From the NCBI GenBank assembly GCA_963710375.1, contig CAVPZX010000002.1, positions 32,001 through 96,000 of the forward strand: DNA of 64,000 nt. Reading direction: 5' to 3'. Positions 61,865-64,000 of this stretch are shown piece by piece (the stretch's first letter is position 1; the number at the start of each line of letters is the position of its first letter). A program made the translations under genes and the position numbers. The DNA comes from Nitrospirota bacterium. GTDB taxonomy: Bacteria; Nitrospirota; Thermodesulfovibrionia; Thermodesulfovibrionales; Dissulfurispiraceae. Under the pieces are notes generated by a model. It saw nothing but the letters and a program-made list of their open reading frames with translations, was not told the origin of the DNA and made no database searches.

Positions 61865-62935
61865 TTATGAAAGATTTTTTACCGATACTCTCTTACCCTT
61901 TGTTGCCATTTTTACCTGACCGCCTCTTCTCTTCTTATAGCCTTTCGCGGCTGTTCTTGTCCTGTGCCTGTGCGCAGACAACCGCTCGCCTCTCCTGGTT
62001 CTATGACGCGCGATTTTGTGTCTTTTACTGGCCCCGCCTTTATATGCCGCGAGCACTACCGGACGATCTTCGGCATTGCTGAAATATATCACCGGTTCGG
62101 CTTTCTGCGTAATTACATCATAGCCGCGGTTCAGCAAAATTTGTGAATCATGCCAGAGGTCATCCCTAACCGATTCTCCCAAAACGGCACTAATCAGAGT
62201 ATTGCCTCCCTTTTGCGCAGCGCAGACAAAGCAATGACGTGCTGCACGGGTATAGCCGGTCTTTCCTCCGAGGAGGTCATCGTCTACCCAAAGGAGCTGG
62301 TCGGTGCTTTTTACAAAGATGCGCCTTCCCTCAGTGGAATGAATATCCTTTGTCCTCGTATTGATAATTTCCTTTATCAATGGATATTGAAGGGCTGCCT
62401 TCATCACTTTAGCGAGATCTAAAGCAGTTATGTACTGGCCGGGGGCAGGCAATCCGGAGGCATTAACAAACCGTGTATTCTCGGCCCCCAGGCGTGCAAC
62501 CTTCTCATTCATTAAAGCAGTAAACCGTTCTTCGGACCCCGCTGTCGCTTCCGCAAGGGCCACAGCGGCGCCATTGACCGACCTCATCAATGCAAGGTAC
62601 AGGATGTCCCTCACCTTAAAGCGCTCACCGGCCCTCAGATGCGGAGTAACAGAGGGAGTATCGGCCGCATTCTCGCCTATAGTGATGATGGCATCAGGGC
62701 TGATATTATCTATGACAACCATAGCGGTGACAAGCTTGGTCGTACTGGCCGGAGGAAGTTTCCAGTCCGGATTTTTCGCAAACAAAATCTTCTCGGTAGC
62801 ACCATCAATCACCACTGCCGCACGAGCGCCGACTTCATCGGCGTATGCATTATTGATGGCAGGCCTTCCGGCATAAAGCAGGAAAAAAAGGATAAAAAGC
62901 GATTGAACTGTTAATAGTCTTTTCATTTCCATCAC
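61865..62935 (-). CDS. D-alanyl-D-alanine carboxypeptidase (peptidase S11) with basic C-terminal tail
   Basis: Signal peptide; ASTTK (SxxK), RSVN (SxN), KTG. Confidence 0.9.
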   Translation of the reverse strand: MMEMKRLLTVQSLFILFFLLYAGRPAINNAYADEVGARAAVVIDGATEKILFAKNPDWKLPPASTTKLVTAMVVIDNISPDAIITIGENAADTPSVTPHLRAGERFKVRDILYLALMRSVNGAAVALAEATAGSEERFTALMNEKVARLGAENTRFVNASGLPAPGQYITALDLAKVMKAALQYPLIKEIINTRTKDIHSTEGRRIFVKSTDQLLWVDDDLLGGKTGYTRAARHCFVCAAQKGGNTLISAVLGESVRDDLWHDSQILLNRGYDVITQKAEPVIYFSNAEDRPVVLAAYKGGASKRHKIARHRTRRGERLSAHRHRTRTAAKGYKKRRGGQVKMATKGKRVSVKNLS

Positions 62936-64000
62936 CTCAATTTTAATGTTGCAAGGCTAAATAAAGCAAGAATTATCCCGACAATCCAGAATCTCACGAT
63001 GACCTTTGGTTCCTGCCATCCCTTCAGTTCGAAATGGTGATGCAGGGGGGCCATTTTAAAAATCCGTCTGCCGGTAAGCTTGAACGACAGTACCTGCATG
63101 ACAACCGAGATCGTCTCTATAACAAAAATGCCGCCAACCACGGCCAGCACGATTTCATTTTTAGTGACCACTGCAACGGTCCCCAAAGCACCGCCCAGAC
63201 CGAGAGAGCCCACATCTCCCATAAAAACTTCGGCCGGGTATGAATTGAACCACAGGAAGCCGAGGGCGGCCCCTGCCATCGCACCGCAAAATACCGTCAG
63301 CTCCCCGATCCCGGGCAGATACAACACCTGCAGGTACCTGGCAAAGAGTGCATGGCCCGAAACATACACGAGCGCTACGTTGGCAAGCGCTGCAATGGCG
63401 ACAAGCCCGATGGCAAGACCGTCTATGCCGTCGGTAAGGTTCACGGCATTGGAAGATCCAACTATAACAAAGACTGAAAAAGGTATATAAAAGAAACCAA
63501 GATCAAAGAGCCACTTTTTGAAGAAAGGGATGCTGAGCACCGTGTTGTAAGGGTCGTGAGGATTCATATAGAGGAAAATACCGATAGCAAGGGCTATCAG
63601 TACCTGTGCCCCGAATTTGTACCAGGCACGCAATCCCTGAGGATCTCTTTTTACCGCTTTGAGATAGTCATCGATAAAACCGACAGCCCCAAAGCCGAGC
63701 AGGGCTATTGACAATACCCAGGTATAGACATTTCTGAAATTGCCCCACAGGAGAACAGCCGTCATAATTGAGGTGACAATGATAATGCCTCCCATTGTAG
63801 GCGTCCCAGCCTTGGCAAGATGGGTTTTGGGACCATTGGACCGTATCTGCTGCGTAATGCTGATTTGTTTAAGCCAGCGTATTATTTTCGGGGCTATCAT
63901 CAGCGTTACTATAAGTGAGGTCAGTGATGCCAGCGAGGTCCTGAAAGTTATGTAGCGGAATACATTCAGCGGACTAAAATAATTATGGAGACTGTAAAGC
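62932..64000 (-). CDS. mraY: Phospho-N-acetylmuramoyl-pentapeptide transferase (5' end outside window)
   Basis: KAGTPTMGG, GFIDDY, NAVNLTDGIDGLA, FMGDVGS, MAPLHHHFE; frame open to window end. Confidence 0.97.
   Translation of the reverse strand, partial: LYSLHNYFSPLNVFRYITFRTSLASLTSLIVTLMIAPKIIRWLKQISITQQIRSNGPKTHLAKAGTPTMGGIIIVTSIMTAVLLWGNFRNVYTWVLSIALLGFGAVGFIDDYLKAVKRDPQGLRAWYKFGAQVLIALAIGIFLYMNPHDPYNTVLSIPFFKKWLFDLGFFYIPFSVFVIVGSSNAVNLTDGIDGLAIGLVAIAALANVALVYVSGHALFARYLQVLYLPGIGELTVFCGAMAGAALGFLWFNSYPAEVFMGDVGSLGLGGALGTVAVVTKNEIVLAVVGGIFVIETISVVMQVLSFKLTGRRIFKMAPLHHHFELKGWQEPKVIVRFWIVGIILALFSLATLKLR

Overview
64-kb bacterial chromosomal window from a probable anaerobe. The PFOR, AOR, rubrerythrin-like protein, sigma54 signalling and small Cys-rich proteins suggest Nitrospirota/Thermodesulfovibrionia or Desulfobacterota; this taxonomy is inference only. 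The left ~28 kb is metabolic and accessory. It holds a complete IS481-family element (6-bp target duplication) just upstream of a DASS transporter promoter, an RNB ribonuclease, and two convergent operons (AOR-SCP2-Fe-ADH-SCP2 and SBP-thiolase-DUF3786) that begin with nearly identical sigma70 promoter/operator sequences. It also holds Usp, a hydrolase-CorA-SulP block, a multi-step phosphorelay with a NarL-type regulator, small hypothetical proteins, a ferritin-like protein, PFOR, RidA and a radical SAM gene. The right ~36 kb is the minus-strand dcw cluster (mraY-dac-murD-ftsW-murG-murC // ddl-ftsQ-ftsA-ftsZ). It is split where murB usually lies by a ~23.6-kb signalling block: an NtrC-like activator, a sigma54-driven chemosensory operon, a PAS hybrid kinase, an orphan BrnA-like antitoxin ending in an attC-like site, and a 2299-aa STK-AAA-GAF-PAS hybrid kinase. 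That block carries a duplicated ~130-bp sigma54 promoter module and at least five coding lesions. Three intergenic hairpins built from inverted short tandem repeats occur inside operons. No rRNA, tRNA or CRISPR array was seen.
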